From positions 3,810,001 to 3,842,000 of the forward strand of contig NZ_RSDW01000001.1 in NCBI RefSeq assembly GCF_003945235.1: a DNA stretch of 32,000 nt, written 5' to 3'. Below, piece by piece: positions 10,201 through 22,200 of the stretch. How positions within the stretch are numbered: position 1 is the first letter of the stretch; every line of letters starts with the position of its first letter. The notes under the pieces are model-generated. The model saw only the letters and a program-made list of their open reading frames with translations. It did not search any database and had not been told where the DNA came from. The DNA is from Edaphobacter aggregans (GTDB taxonomy: Bacteria > Acidobacteriota > Terriglobia > Terriglobales > Acidobacteriaceae). The position numbers were made by a program, and so were the translations under genes.

Positions 10201-13200
10201 CGGAGCCCCCAACCCCGTGCTCACGGCCTCGGGCGCGGGAGCGTTGTCGAGCGACAGCTTCACCTACACGGCGACGACGGCGGCAGTGCCGTCTTCTCCG
10301 CTGGGAACATACTCGATCGTGCCTGCAGTGACCGGAGCTAATCTCGGGAACTACAACGTGGTGTATGTGGATGGCACCCTGACGGTGGGCCAGGCGACCC
10401 TGACGGTGACGGCAGGCAACGCCAGCCGCGCCTACGGAGCCCCCAACCCCGTGCTCACGGCCTCGGGCGCGGGAGCGTTGTCGAGCGACAGCTTCACCTA
10501 CACGGCGACGACGGCGGCAGTGCCGTCTTCTCCGCTGGGAACATACTCGATCGTGCCTGCGGTGACGGGAGCTAATCTGGCCAACTACAACGTGGTGTAT
10601 GTGGATGGCACCCTGACGGTGGGCCAGGCGACCCTGACGGTGACGGCAGGCAACGCCAGCCGCGCCTACGGAGCCCCCAACCCCGTGCTCACGGCCTCGG
10701 GCGCGGGAGCGTTGTCGAGCGACAGCTTCACCTACACGGCGACGACGGCGGCAGTGCCGTCTTCTCCGCTGGGAACATACTCGATCGTGCCCGCGGTGAC
10801 CGGAGCTAATCTGGGGAACTACAACGTGGTGTATGTGAACGGCACCCTGACGGTGGGCCAGGCGACCCTGACGGTGACGGCAGGCAACGCCAGCCGTGCC
10901 TACGGAGCCCCCAACCCCGTGCTCACGGCCTCGGGCAGCGGCGTGCAGAACGGCGACAGCTTCACCTACACGGCGACGACGGCGGCAGTGCCGTCTTCTC
11001 CGCTGGGAACATACTCGATCGTGCCTGCGGTGACGGGAGCTAATCTGGCCAACTACAACGTGGTGTATGTGAACGGCACCCTGACGGTGGGCCAGGCGAC
11101 CCTGACGGTGACGGCAGGCAACGCCAGCCGCGCCTACGGAGCCCCCAACCCCGTGCTCACGGCCTCGGGCAGCGGCGTGCAGAACGGCGACAGCTTCACC
11201 TACACGGCGACGACGGCGGCAGTGCCGTCTTCTCCGCTGGGAACATACTCGATCGTGCCTGCAGTGACCGGGGCTAATCTCGGGAACTACAACGTGGTGT
11301 ATGTGGATGGCACCCTGACGGTCGGCCAGGCGACCCTGACGGTGACGGCAGGCAACGCCAGCCGTGCCTACGGAGCCCCCAACCCCGTGCTCACGGCCTC
11401 GGGCGCGGGAGCGTTGTCGAGCGACAGCTTCACCTACACGGCGACGACGGCGGCAGTGCCGTCTTCTCCGCTGGGAACATACTCGATCGTGCCCGCGGTG
11501 ACCGGGGCTAATCTCGGGAACTACAACGTGGTGTATGTGGATGGCACCCTGACGGTCGGCCAGGCGACCCTGACGGTGACGTCAGGCAACGCCAGCCGTG
11601 CCTACGGAGCCCCCAACCCCGTGCTCACGGCCTCGGGCAGCGGCGTGCAGAACGGCGACAGCTTCACCTACACGGCGACGACGGCGGCAGTGCCGTCTTC
11701 TCCGCTGGGAACATACTCGATCGTGCCTGCAGTGACCGGGGCTAATCTGGGGAACTACAACGTGGTGTATGTGGATGGCACCCTGACGGTCGGCCAGGCG
11801 ACCCTGACGGTGACGGCAGGCAACGCCAGCCGTGCCTACGGAGCCCCCAACCCCGTGCTCACGGCCTCGGGCGCGGGAGCGTTGTCGAGCGACAGCTTCA
11901 CCTACACGGCGACGACGGCGGCAGTGCCGTCTTCTCCGCTGGGAACATACTCGATCGTGCCTGCGGTGACGGGAGCTAATCTGGCCAACTACAACGTGGT
12001 GTATGTGAACGGCACCCTGACGGTGGGCCAGGCGACCCTGACGGTGACGGCAGGCAACGCCAGCCGCGCCTACGGAGCCCCCAACCCCGTGCTCACGGCC
12101 TCGGGCGCGGGAGCGTTGTCGAGCGACAGCTTCACCTACACGGCGACGACGGCGGCAGTGCCGTCTTCTCCGCTGGGAACATACTCGATCGTGCCTGCGG
12201 TGACGGGAGCTAATCTGGCCAACTACAACGTGGTGTATGTGAACGGCACCCTGACGGTGGGCCAGGCGACCCTGACGGTGACGGCAGGCAACGCCAGCCG
12301 TGCCTACGGAGCCCCCAACCCCGTGCTCACGGCATCGGGCAGCGGCGTGCAGAACGGCGACAGCTTCACCTACACGGCAACGACGGCGGCAGTGCCGTCT
12401 TCTCCGCTGGGAACATACTCGATCGTGCCTGCAGTGACCGGGGCTAATCTTGGGAACTACAACGTGGTGTATGTGGATGGCACCCTGACGGTCGGCCAGG
12501 CGACCCTGACGGTGACGGCAGGCAACGCCAGCCGCGCCTACGGAGCCCCCAACCCCGTGCTCACGGCCTCGGGCAGCGGCGTGCAGAACGGCGACAGCTT
12601 CACCTACACGGCAACGACGGTGGCAGTGCCGTCTTCTCCGCTGGGAACATACTCGATCGTGCCCGCGGTGACCGGAGCTAATCTGGGGAACTACAACGTG
12701 GTGTATGTGGATGGCACCCTGACGGTGGGCCAGGCGACCCTGACGGTGACGGCAGGCAACGCCAGCCGCGCCTACGGAGCCCCCAACCCCGTGCTCACGG
12801 CCTCGGGCGCGGGAGCGTTGTCGAGCGACAGCTTCACCTACACGGCGACGACGGCGGCAGTGCCGTCTTCTCCGCTGGGAACATACTCGATCGTGCCTGC
12901 AGTGACCGGGGCTAATCTCGGGAACTACAACGTGGTGTATGTGGATGGCACCCTGACGGTGGGCCAGGCGACCCTGACGGTGACGGCAGGCAACGCCAGC
13001 CGTGCCTACGGAGCCCCCAACCCCGTGCTCACGGCCTCGGGCGCGGGAGCGTTGTCGAGCGACAGCTTCACCTACACGGCGACGACGGCGGCAGTGCCGT
13101 CTTCTCCGCTGGGAACATACTCGATCGTGCCTGCGGTGACCGGAGCTAATCTGGCCAACTACAACGTGGTGTATGTGAACGGCACCCTGACGGTGGGCCA

Positions 13201-16200
13201 GGCGACCCTGACGGTGACGGCAGGCAACGCCAGCCGCGCCTACGGAGCCCCCAACCCCGTGCTCACGGCCTCGGGCAGCGGCGTGCAGAACGGCGACAGC
13301 TTCACCTACACGGCGACGACGGCGGCAGTGCCGTCTTCTCCGCTGGGAACATACTCGATCGTGCCTGCGGTGACGGGAGCTAATCTGGCCAACTACAACG
13401 TGGTGTATGTGGATGGCACCCTGACGGTGGGCCAGGCGACCCTGACGGTGACGGCAGGCAACGCCAGCCGCGCCTACGGAGCCCCCAACCCCGTGCTCAC
13501 GGCCTCGGGCGCGGGAGCGTTGTCGAGCGACAGCTTCACCTACACGGCGACGACGGCGGCAGTGCCGTCTTCTCCGCTGGGAACATACTCGATCGTGCCT
13601 GCAGTGACCGGGGCTAATCTCGGGAACTACAACGTGGTGTATGTGGATGGCACCCTGACGGTCGGCCAGGCGACCCTGACGGTGACGGCAGGCAACGCCA
13701 GCCGCGCCTACGGAGCCCCCAACCCCGTGCTCACGGCCTCGGGCGCGGGAGCGTTGTCGAGCGACAGCTTCACCTACACGGCGACGACGGCGGCAGTGCC
13801 GTCTTCTCCGCTGGGAACATACTCGATCGTGCCCGCGGTGACCGGGGCTAATCTCGGGAACTACAACGTGGTGTATGTGGATGGCACCCTGACGGTCGGC
13901 CAGGCGACCCTGACGGTGACGTCAGGCAACGCCAGCCGTGCCTACGGAGCCCCCAACCCCGTGCTCACGGCCTCGGGCGCGGGAGCGTTGTCGAGCGACA
14001 GCTTCACCTACACGGCGACGACGGCGGCAGTGCCGTCTTCTCCGCTGGGAACATACTCGATCGTGCCCGCGGTGACCGGAGCTAATCTGGGGAACTACAA
14101 CGTGGTGTATGTGAACGGCACCCTGACGGTGGGCCAGGCGACCCTGACGGTGACGGCAGGCAACGCCAGCCGTGCCTACGGAGCCCCCAACCCCGTGCTC
14201 ACGGCCTCGGGCAGCGGCGTGCAGAACGGCGACAGCTTCACCTACACGGCGACGACGGCGGCAGTGCCGTCTTCTCCGCTGGGAACATACTCGATCGTGC
14301 CTGCGGTGACGGGAGCTAATCTGGCCAACTACAACGTGGTGTATGTGAACGGCACCCTGACGGTGGGCCAGGCGACCCTGACGGTGACGGCAGGCAACGC
14401 CAGCCGCGCCTACGGAGCCCCCAACCCCGTGCTCACGGCCTCGGGCGCGGGAGCGTTGTCGAGCGACAGCTTCACCTACACGGCGACGACGGCGGCAGTG
14501 CCGTCTTCTCCGCTGGGAACATACTCGATCGTGCCTGCGGTGACGGGAGCTAATCTGGCCAACTACAACGTGGTGTATGTGAACGGCACCCTGACGGTGG
14601 GCCAGGCGACCCTGACGGTGACGGCAGGCAACGCCAGCCGCGCCTACGGAGCCCCCAACCCCGTGCTCACGGCCTCGGGCGCGGGAGCGTTGTCGAGCGA
14701 CAGCTTCACCTACACGGCGACGACGGCGGCAGTGCCGTCTTCTCCGCTGGGAACATACTCGATCGTGCCTGCGGTGACGGGAGCTAATCTGGCCAACTAC
14801 AACGTGGTGTATGTGAACGGCACCCTGACGGTGGGCCAGGCGACCCTGACGGTGACGGCAGGCAACGCCAGCCGTGCCTACGGAGCCCCCAACCCCGTGC
14901 TCACGGCATCGGGCAGCGGCGTGCAGAACGGCGACAGCTTCACCTACACGGCAACGACGGCGGCAGTGCCGTCTTCTCCGCTGGGAACGTACTCGATCGT
15001 GCCTGCAGTGACCGGGGCTAATCTTGGGAACTACAACGTGGTGTATGTGGATGGCACCCTGACGGTCGGCCAGGCGACCCTGACGGTGACGGCAGGCAAC
15101 GCCAGCCGTGCCTACGGAGCCCCCAACCCCGTGCTCACGGCCTCGGGCAGCGGCGTGCAGAACGGCGACAGCTTCACCTACACGGCGACGACGGCGGCAG
15201 TGCCGTCTTCTCCGCTGGGAACATACTCGATCGTGCCCGCGGTGACCGGAGCTAATCTGGGGAACTACAACGTGGTGTATGTGGATGGCACCCTGACGGT
15301 GGGCCAGGCGACCCTGACGGTGACGGCAGGCAACGCCAGCCGCGCCTACGGAGCCCCCAACCCCGTGCTCACGGCCTCGGGCGCGGGAGCGTTGTCGAGC
15401 GACAGCTTCACCTACACGGCGACGACGGCGGCAGTGCCGTCTTCTCCGCTGGGAACATACTCGATCGTGCCTGCAGTGACCGGGGCTAATCTCGGGAACT
15501 ACAACGTGGTGTATGTGGATGGCACCCTGACGGTGGGCCAGGCGACCCTGACGGTGACGGCAGGCAACGCCAGCCGTGCCTACGGAGCCCCCAACCCCGT
15601 GCTCACGGCCTCGGGCGCGGGAGCGTTGTCGAGCGACAGCTTCACCTACACGGCGACGACGGCGGCAGTGCCGTCTTCTCCGCTGGGAACATACTCGATC
15701 GTGCCCGCGGTGACCGGAGCTAATCTGGCCAACTACAACGTGGTGTATGTGAACGGCACCCTGACGGTGGGCCAGGCGACCCTGACGGTGACGGCAGGCA
15801 ACGCCAGCCGTGCCTACGGAGCCCCCAACCCCGTGCTCACGGCCTCGGGCGCGGGAGCGTTGTCGAGCGACAGCTTCACCTACACGGCGACGACGGCGGC
15901 AGTGCCGTCTTCTCCGCTGGGAACATACTCGATCGTGCCTGCGGTGACCGGGGCTAATCTCGGGAACTACAACGTGGTGTATGTGAACGGCACCCTGACG
16001 GTGGGCCAGGCGACCCTGACGGTGACGGCAGGCAACGCCAGCCGCGCCTACGGAGCCCCCAACCCCGTGCTCACGGCCTCGGGCGCGGGAGCGTTGTCGA
16101 GCGACAGCTTCACCTACACGGCGACGACGGCGGCAGTGCCGTCTTCTCCGCTGGGAACATACTCGATCGTGCCTGCAGTGACCGGGGCTAATCTCGGGAA

Positions 16201-19200
16201 CTACAACGTGGTGTATGTGGATGGCACCCTGACGGTCGGCCAGGCGACCCTGACGGTGACGGCAGGCAACGCCAGCCGTGCCTACGGAGCCCCCAACCCC
16301 GTGCTCACGGCCTCGGGCGCGGGAGCGTTGTCGAGCGACAGCTTCACCTACACGGCGACGACGGCGGCAGTGCCGTCTTCTCCGCTGGGAACGTACTCGA
16401 TCGTGCCCGCGGTGACCGGAGCTAATCTGGCCAACTACAACGTGGTGTATGTGAACGGCACCCTGACGGTGGGCCAGGCGACCCTGACGGTGACGGCAGG
16501 CAACGCCAGCCGTGCCTACGGAGCCCCCAACCCCGTGCTCACGGCCTCGGGCGCGGGAGCGTTGTCGAGCGACAGCTTCACCTACACGGCGACGACGGCG
16601 GCAGTGCCGTCTTCTCCGCTGGGAACATACTCGATCGTGCCTGCGGTGACCGGGGCTAATCTCGGGAACTACAACGTGGTGTATGTGAACGGCACCCTGA
16701 CGGTGGGCCAGGCGACCCTGACGGTGACGGCAGGCAACGCCAGCCGCGCCTACGGAGCCCCCAACCCCGTGCTCACGGCCTCGGGCAGCGGCGTGCAGAA
16801 CGGCGACAGCTTCACCTACACGGCGACGACGGCGGCAGTGCCGTCTTCTCCGCTGGGAACATACTCGATCGTGCCTGCGGTGACGGGAGCTAATCTGGCC
16901 AACTACAACGTGGTGTATGTGGATGGCACCCTGACGGTGGGCCAGGCGACCCTGACGGTGACGGCAGGCAACGCCAGCCGTGCCTACGGAGCCCCCAACC
17001 CCGTGCTCACGGCCTCGGGCGCGGGAGCGTTGTCGAGCGACAGCTTCACCTACACGGCAACGACGGCGGCAGTGCCGTCTTCTCCGCTGGGAACGTACTC
17101 GATCGTGCCTGCGGTGACCGGAGCTAATCTGGCCAACTACAACGTGGTGTATGTGAACGGCACCCTGACGGTGGGCCAGGCGACCCTGACGGTGACGGCA
17201 GGCAACGCCAGCCGTGCCTACGGAGCCCCCAACCCCGTGCTCACGGCCTCGGGCGCGGGAGCGTTGTCGAGCGACAGCTTCACCTACACGGCGACGACGG
17301 CGGCAGTGCCGTCTTCTCCGCTGGGAACATACTCGATCGTGCCCGCGGTGACGGGAGCTAATCTGGGGAACTACAACGTGGTGTATGTGAACGGCACCCT
17401 GACGGTGGGCCAGGCGACCCTGACGGTGACGGCAGGCAACGCCAGCCGTGCCTACGGAGCCCCCAACCCCGTGCTCACGGCCTCGGGCGCGGGAGCGTTG
17501 TCGAGCGACAGCTTCACCTACACGGCGACGACGGCGGCAGTGCCGTCTTCTCCGCTGGGAACATACTCGATCGTGCCTGCGGTGACGGGAGCTAATCTGG
17601 CCAACTACAACGTGGTGTATGTGGATGGCACCCTGACGGTGGGCCAGGCGACCCTGACGGTGACGGCAGGCAACGCCAGCCGCGCCTACGGAGCCCCCAA
17701 CCCCGTGCTCACGGCCTCGGGCGCGGGAGCGTTGTCGAGCGACAGCTTCACCTACACGGCAACGACGGTGGCAGTGCCGTCTTCTCCGCTGGGAACATAC
17801 TCGATCGTGCCTGCGGTGACGGGAGCTAATCTGGCCAACTACAACGTGGTGTATGTGGATGGCACCCTGACGGTGGGCCAGGCGACCCTGACGGTGACGG
17901 CAGGCAACGCCAGCCGTGCCTACGGAGCCCCCAACCCCGTGCTCACGGCCTCGGGCGCGGGAGCGTTGTCGAGCGACAGCTTCACCTACACGGCAACGAC
18001 GGCGGCAGTGCCGTCTTCTCCGCTGGGAACGTACTCGATCGTGCCCGCGGTGACCGGAGCTAATCTGGCCAACTACAACGTGGTGTATGTGAACGGCACC
18101 CTGACGGTGGGCCAGGCGACCCTGACGGTGACGGCAGGCAACGCCAGCCGTGCCTACGGAGCCCCCAACCCCGTGCTCACGGCCTCGGGCGCGGGAGCGT
18201 TGTCGAGCGACAGCTTCACCTACACGGCAACGACGGCGGCAGTGCCGTCTTCTCCGCTGGGAACGTACTCGATCGTGCCCGCGGTGACCGGAGCTAATCT
18301 GGCCAACTACAACGTGGTGTATGTGAACGGCACCCTGACGGTGGGCCAGGCGACCCTGACGGTGACGGCAGGCAACGCCAGCCGTGCCTACGGAGCCCCC
18401 AACCCCGTGCTCACGGCCTCGGGCAGCGGCGTGCAGAACGGCGACAGCTTCACCTACACGGCGACGACGGCGGCAGTGCCGTCTTCTCCGCTGGGAACAT
18501 ACTCGATCGTGCCCGCGGTGACCGGAGCTAATCTGGGGAACTACAACGTGGTGTATGTGGATGGCACCCTGACGGTGGGCCAGGCGACCCTGACGGTGAC
18601 GGCAGGCAACGCCAGCCGCGCCTACGGAGCCCCCAACCCCGTGCTCACGGCCTCGGGCGCGGGAGCGTTGTCGAGCGACAGCTTCACCTACACGGCGACG
18701 ACGGCGGCAGTGCCGTCTTCTCCGCTGGGAACATACTCGATCGTGCCTGCAGTGACCGGGGCTAATCTCGGGAACTACAACGTGGTGTATGTGGATGGCA
18801 CCCTGACGGTCGGCCAGGCGACCCTGACGGTGACGGCAGGCAACGCCAGCCGTGCCTACGGAGCCCCCAACCCCGTGCTCACGGCCTCGGGCGCGGGAGC
18901 GTTGTCGAGCGACAGCTTCACCTACACGGCGACGACGGCGGCAGTGCCGTCTTCTCCGCTGGGAACATACTCGATCGTGCCTGCAGTGACCGGGGCTAAT
19001 CTCGGGAACTACAACGTGGTGTATGTGGATGGCACCCTGACGGTCGGCCAGGCGACCCTGACGGTGACGGCAGGCAACGCCAGCCGTGCCTACGGAGCCC
19101 CCAACCCCGTGCTCACGGCCTCGGGCGCGGGAGCGTTGTCGAGCGACAGCTTCACCTACACGGCGACGACGGCGGCAGTGCCGTCTTCTCCGCTGGGAAC

Positions 19201-22200
19201 ATACTCGATCGTGCCCGCGGTGACCGGAGCTAATCTGGCCAACTACAACGTGGTGTATGTGAACGGCACCCTGACGGTGGGCCAGGCGACCCTGACGGTG
19301 ACGGCAGGCAACGCCAGCCGTGCCTACGGAGCCCCCAACCCCGTGCTCACGGCCTCGGGCGCGGGAGCGTTGTCGAGCGACAGCTTCACCTACACGGCGA
19401 CGACGGCGGCAGTGCCGTCTTCTCCGCTGGGAACATACTCGATCGTGCCTGCGGTGACCGGGGCTAATCTCGGGAACTACAACGTGGTGTATGTGAACGG
19501 CACCCTGACGGTGGGCCAGGCGACCCTGACGGTGACGGCAGGCAACGCCAGCCGCGCCTACGGAGCCCCCAACCCCGTGCTCACGGCATCGGGCAGCGGC
19601 GTGCAGAACGGCGACAGCTTCACCTACACGGCAACGACGGCGGCAGTGCCGTCTTCTCCGCTGGGAACATACTCGATCGTGCCTGCAGTGACCGGGGCTA
19701 ATCTCGGGAACTACAACGTGGTGTATGTGGATGGCACCCTGACGGTCGGCCAGGCGACCCTGACGGTGACGGCAGGCAACGCCAGCCGTGCCTACGGAGC
19801 CCCCAACCCCGTGCTCACGGCCTCGGGCAGCGGCGTGCAGAACGGCGACAGCTTCACCTACACGGCGACGACGGCGGCAGTGCCGTCTTCTCCGCTGGGA
19901 ACATACTCGATCGTGCCTGCGGTGACCGGGGCTAATCTCGGGAACTACAACGTGGTGTATGTGAACGGCACCCTGACGGTGGGCCAGGCGACCCTGACGG
20001 TGACGGCAGGCAACGCCAGCCGCGCCTACGGAGCCCCCAACCCCGTGCTCACGGCCTCGGGCGCGGGAGCGTTGTCGAGCGACAGCTTCACCTACACGGC
20101 GACGACGGCGGCAGTGCCGTCTTCTCCGCTGGGAACGTACTCGATCGTGCCTGCAGTGACCGGGGCTAATCTTGGGAACTACAACGTGGTGTATGTGGAT
20201 GGCACCCTGACGGTCGGCCAGGCGACCCTGACGGTGACGGCAGGCAACGCCAGCCGTGCCTACGGAGCCCCCAACCCCGTGCTCACGGCCTCGGGCAGCG
20301 GCGTGCAGAACGGCGACAGCTTCACCTACACGGCGACGACGGCGGCAGTGCCGTCTTCTCCGCTGGGAACATACTCGATCGTGCCTGCGGTGACCGGGGC
20401 TAATCTCGGGAACTACAACGTGGTGTATGTGAACGGCACCCTGACGGTGGGCCAGGCGACCCTGACGGTGACGGCAGGCAACGCCAGCCGCGCCTACGGA
20501 GCCCCCAACCCCGTGCTCACGGCCTCGGGCGCGGGAGCGTTGTCGAGCGACAGCTTCACCTACACGGCGACGACGGCGGCAGTGCCGTCTTCTCCGCTGG
20601 GAACATACTCGATCGTGCCTGCAGTGACCGGGGCTAATCTCGGGAACTACAACGTGGTGTATGTGGATGGCACCCTGACGGTCGGCCAGGCGACCCTGAC
20701 GGTGACGGCAGGCAACGCCAGCCGTGCCTACGGAGCCCCCAACCCCGTGCTCACGGCCTCGGGCAGCGGCGTGCAGAACGGCGACAGCTTCACCTACACG
20801 GCAACGACGGCGGCAGTGCCGTCTTCTCCGCTGGGAACATACTCGATCGTGCCTGGGGTGACGGGAGCTAATCTGGCCAACTACAACGTGGTGTATGTGG
20901 ATGGCACCCTGACGGTCGGCCAGGCGACCCTGACGGTGACGGCAGGCAACGCCAGCCGTGCCTACGGAGCCCCCAACCCCGTGCTCACGGCCTCGGGCGC
21001 GGGAGCGTTGTCGAGCGACAGCTTCACCTACACGGCGACGACGGCGGCAGTGCCGTCTTCTCCGCTGGGAACATACTCGATCGTGCCTGCGGTGACCGGG
21101 GCTAATCTCGGGAACTACAACGTGGTGTATGTGAACGGCACCCTGACGGTGGGCCAGGCGACCCTGACGGTGACGGCAGGCAACGCCAGCCGCGCCTACG
21201 GAGCCCCCAACCCCGTGCTCACGGCCTCGGGCGCGGGAGCGTTGTCGAGCGACAGCTTCACCTACACGGCGACGACGGCGGCAGTGCCGTCTTCTCCGCT
21301 GGGAACGTACTCGATCGTGCCTGCAGTGACCGGGGCTAATCTTGGGAACTACAACGTGGTGTATGTGGATGGCACCCTGACGGTCGGCCAGGCGACCCTG
21401 ACGGTGACGGCGGGCAACGCCAACCGCGTCTACGGAGCCCCCAACCCTGTGCTGACGGCATCGGGCAGCGGCGTGCAGAACAGCGACAGCTTCACCTATA
21501 CGGCAACGACCACGGCAGTGCAGTCTTCTCCGGTGGGAACATACTCGATCGTGCCTGCAGTGACGGGAGCGAACCTGGCCAACTACAACGTGGTGTATGT
21601 GGATGGCACCCTGACGGTAGGCCAGGCGACCCTGACAGTGACGGCAGGCAACGCCAGCCGCGCCTACGGAGCCCCGAACCCTGTGCTCTCGGCATCGGGC
21701 AGCGGCGTGCAGAACGGCGACAGCTTCACCTACACGGCAACGACCACGGCAGTCCCGTCTTCTCCGGTGGGAACGTACTCGATCGTGCCCGCAGTAACCG
21801 GAGCTAATCTGGCGAACTACAACGTGGTCTATGTGGATGGCACCCTGACGGTAGGCCAGGCGACCCTGACGGTGACGTCAGGCAACGCCAGCCGCGCCTA
21901 CGGAGCCCCCAACCCTGTGCTGACGGCATCGGGCAGCGGCGTGCAGAACAGCGACTCCTTCACCTACACGGCAACGACCACGGCAGTGCCGTCTTCCGCG
22001 ATAGGGAACTACTCGATCGTGCCTGCAGTGACGGGGGCTAATCTGGCCAACTACAACGTGGTCTATGTGGATGGCACCCTGACGGTAGGTCAGGCGACTC
22101 TGACGGTGACGGCAGGCAACGCCAGCCGCGCCTACGGGGCGGCCAACCCTGTGCTCACGGCATCGGGCAGCGGCGTGCAGAACAGCGACAGCTTCACCTA

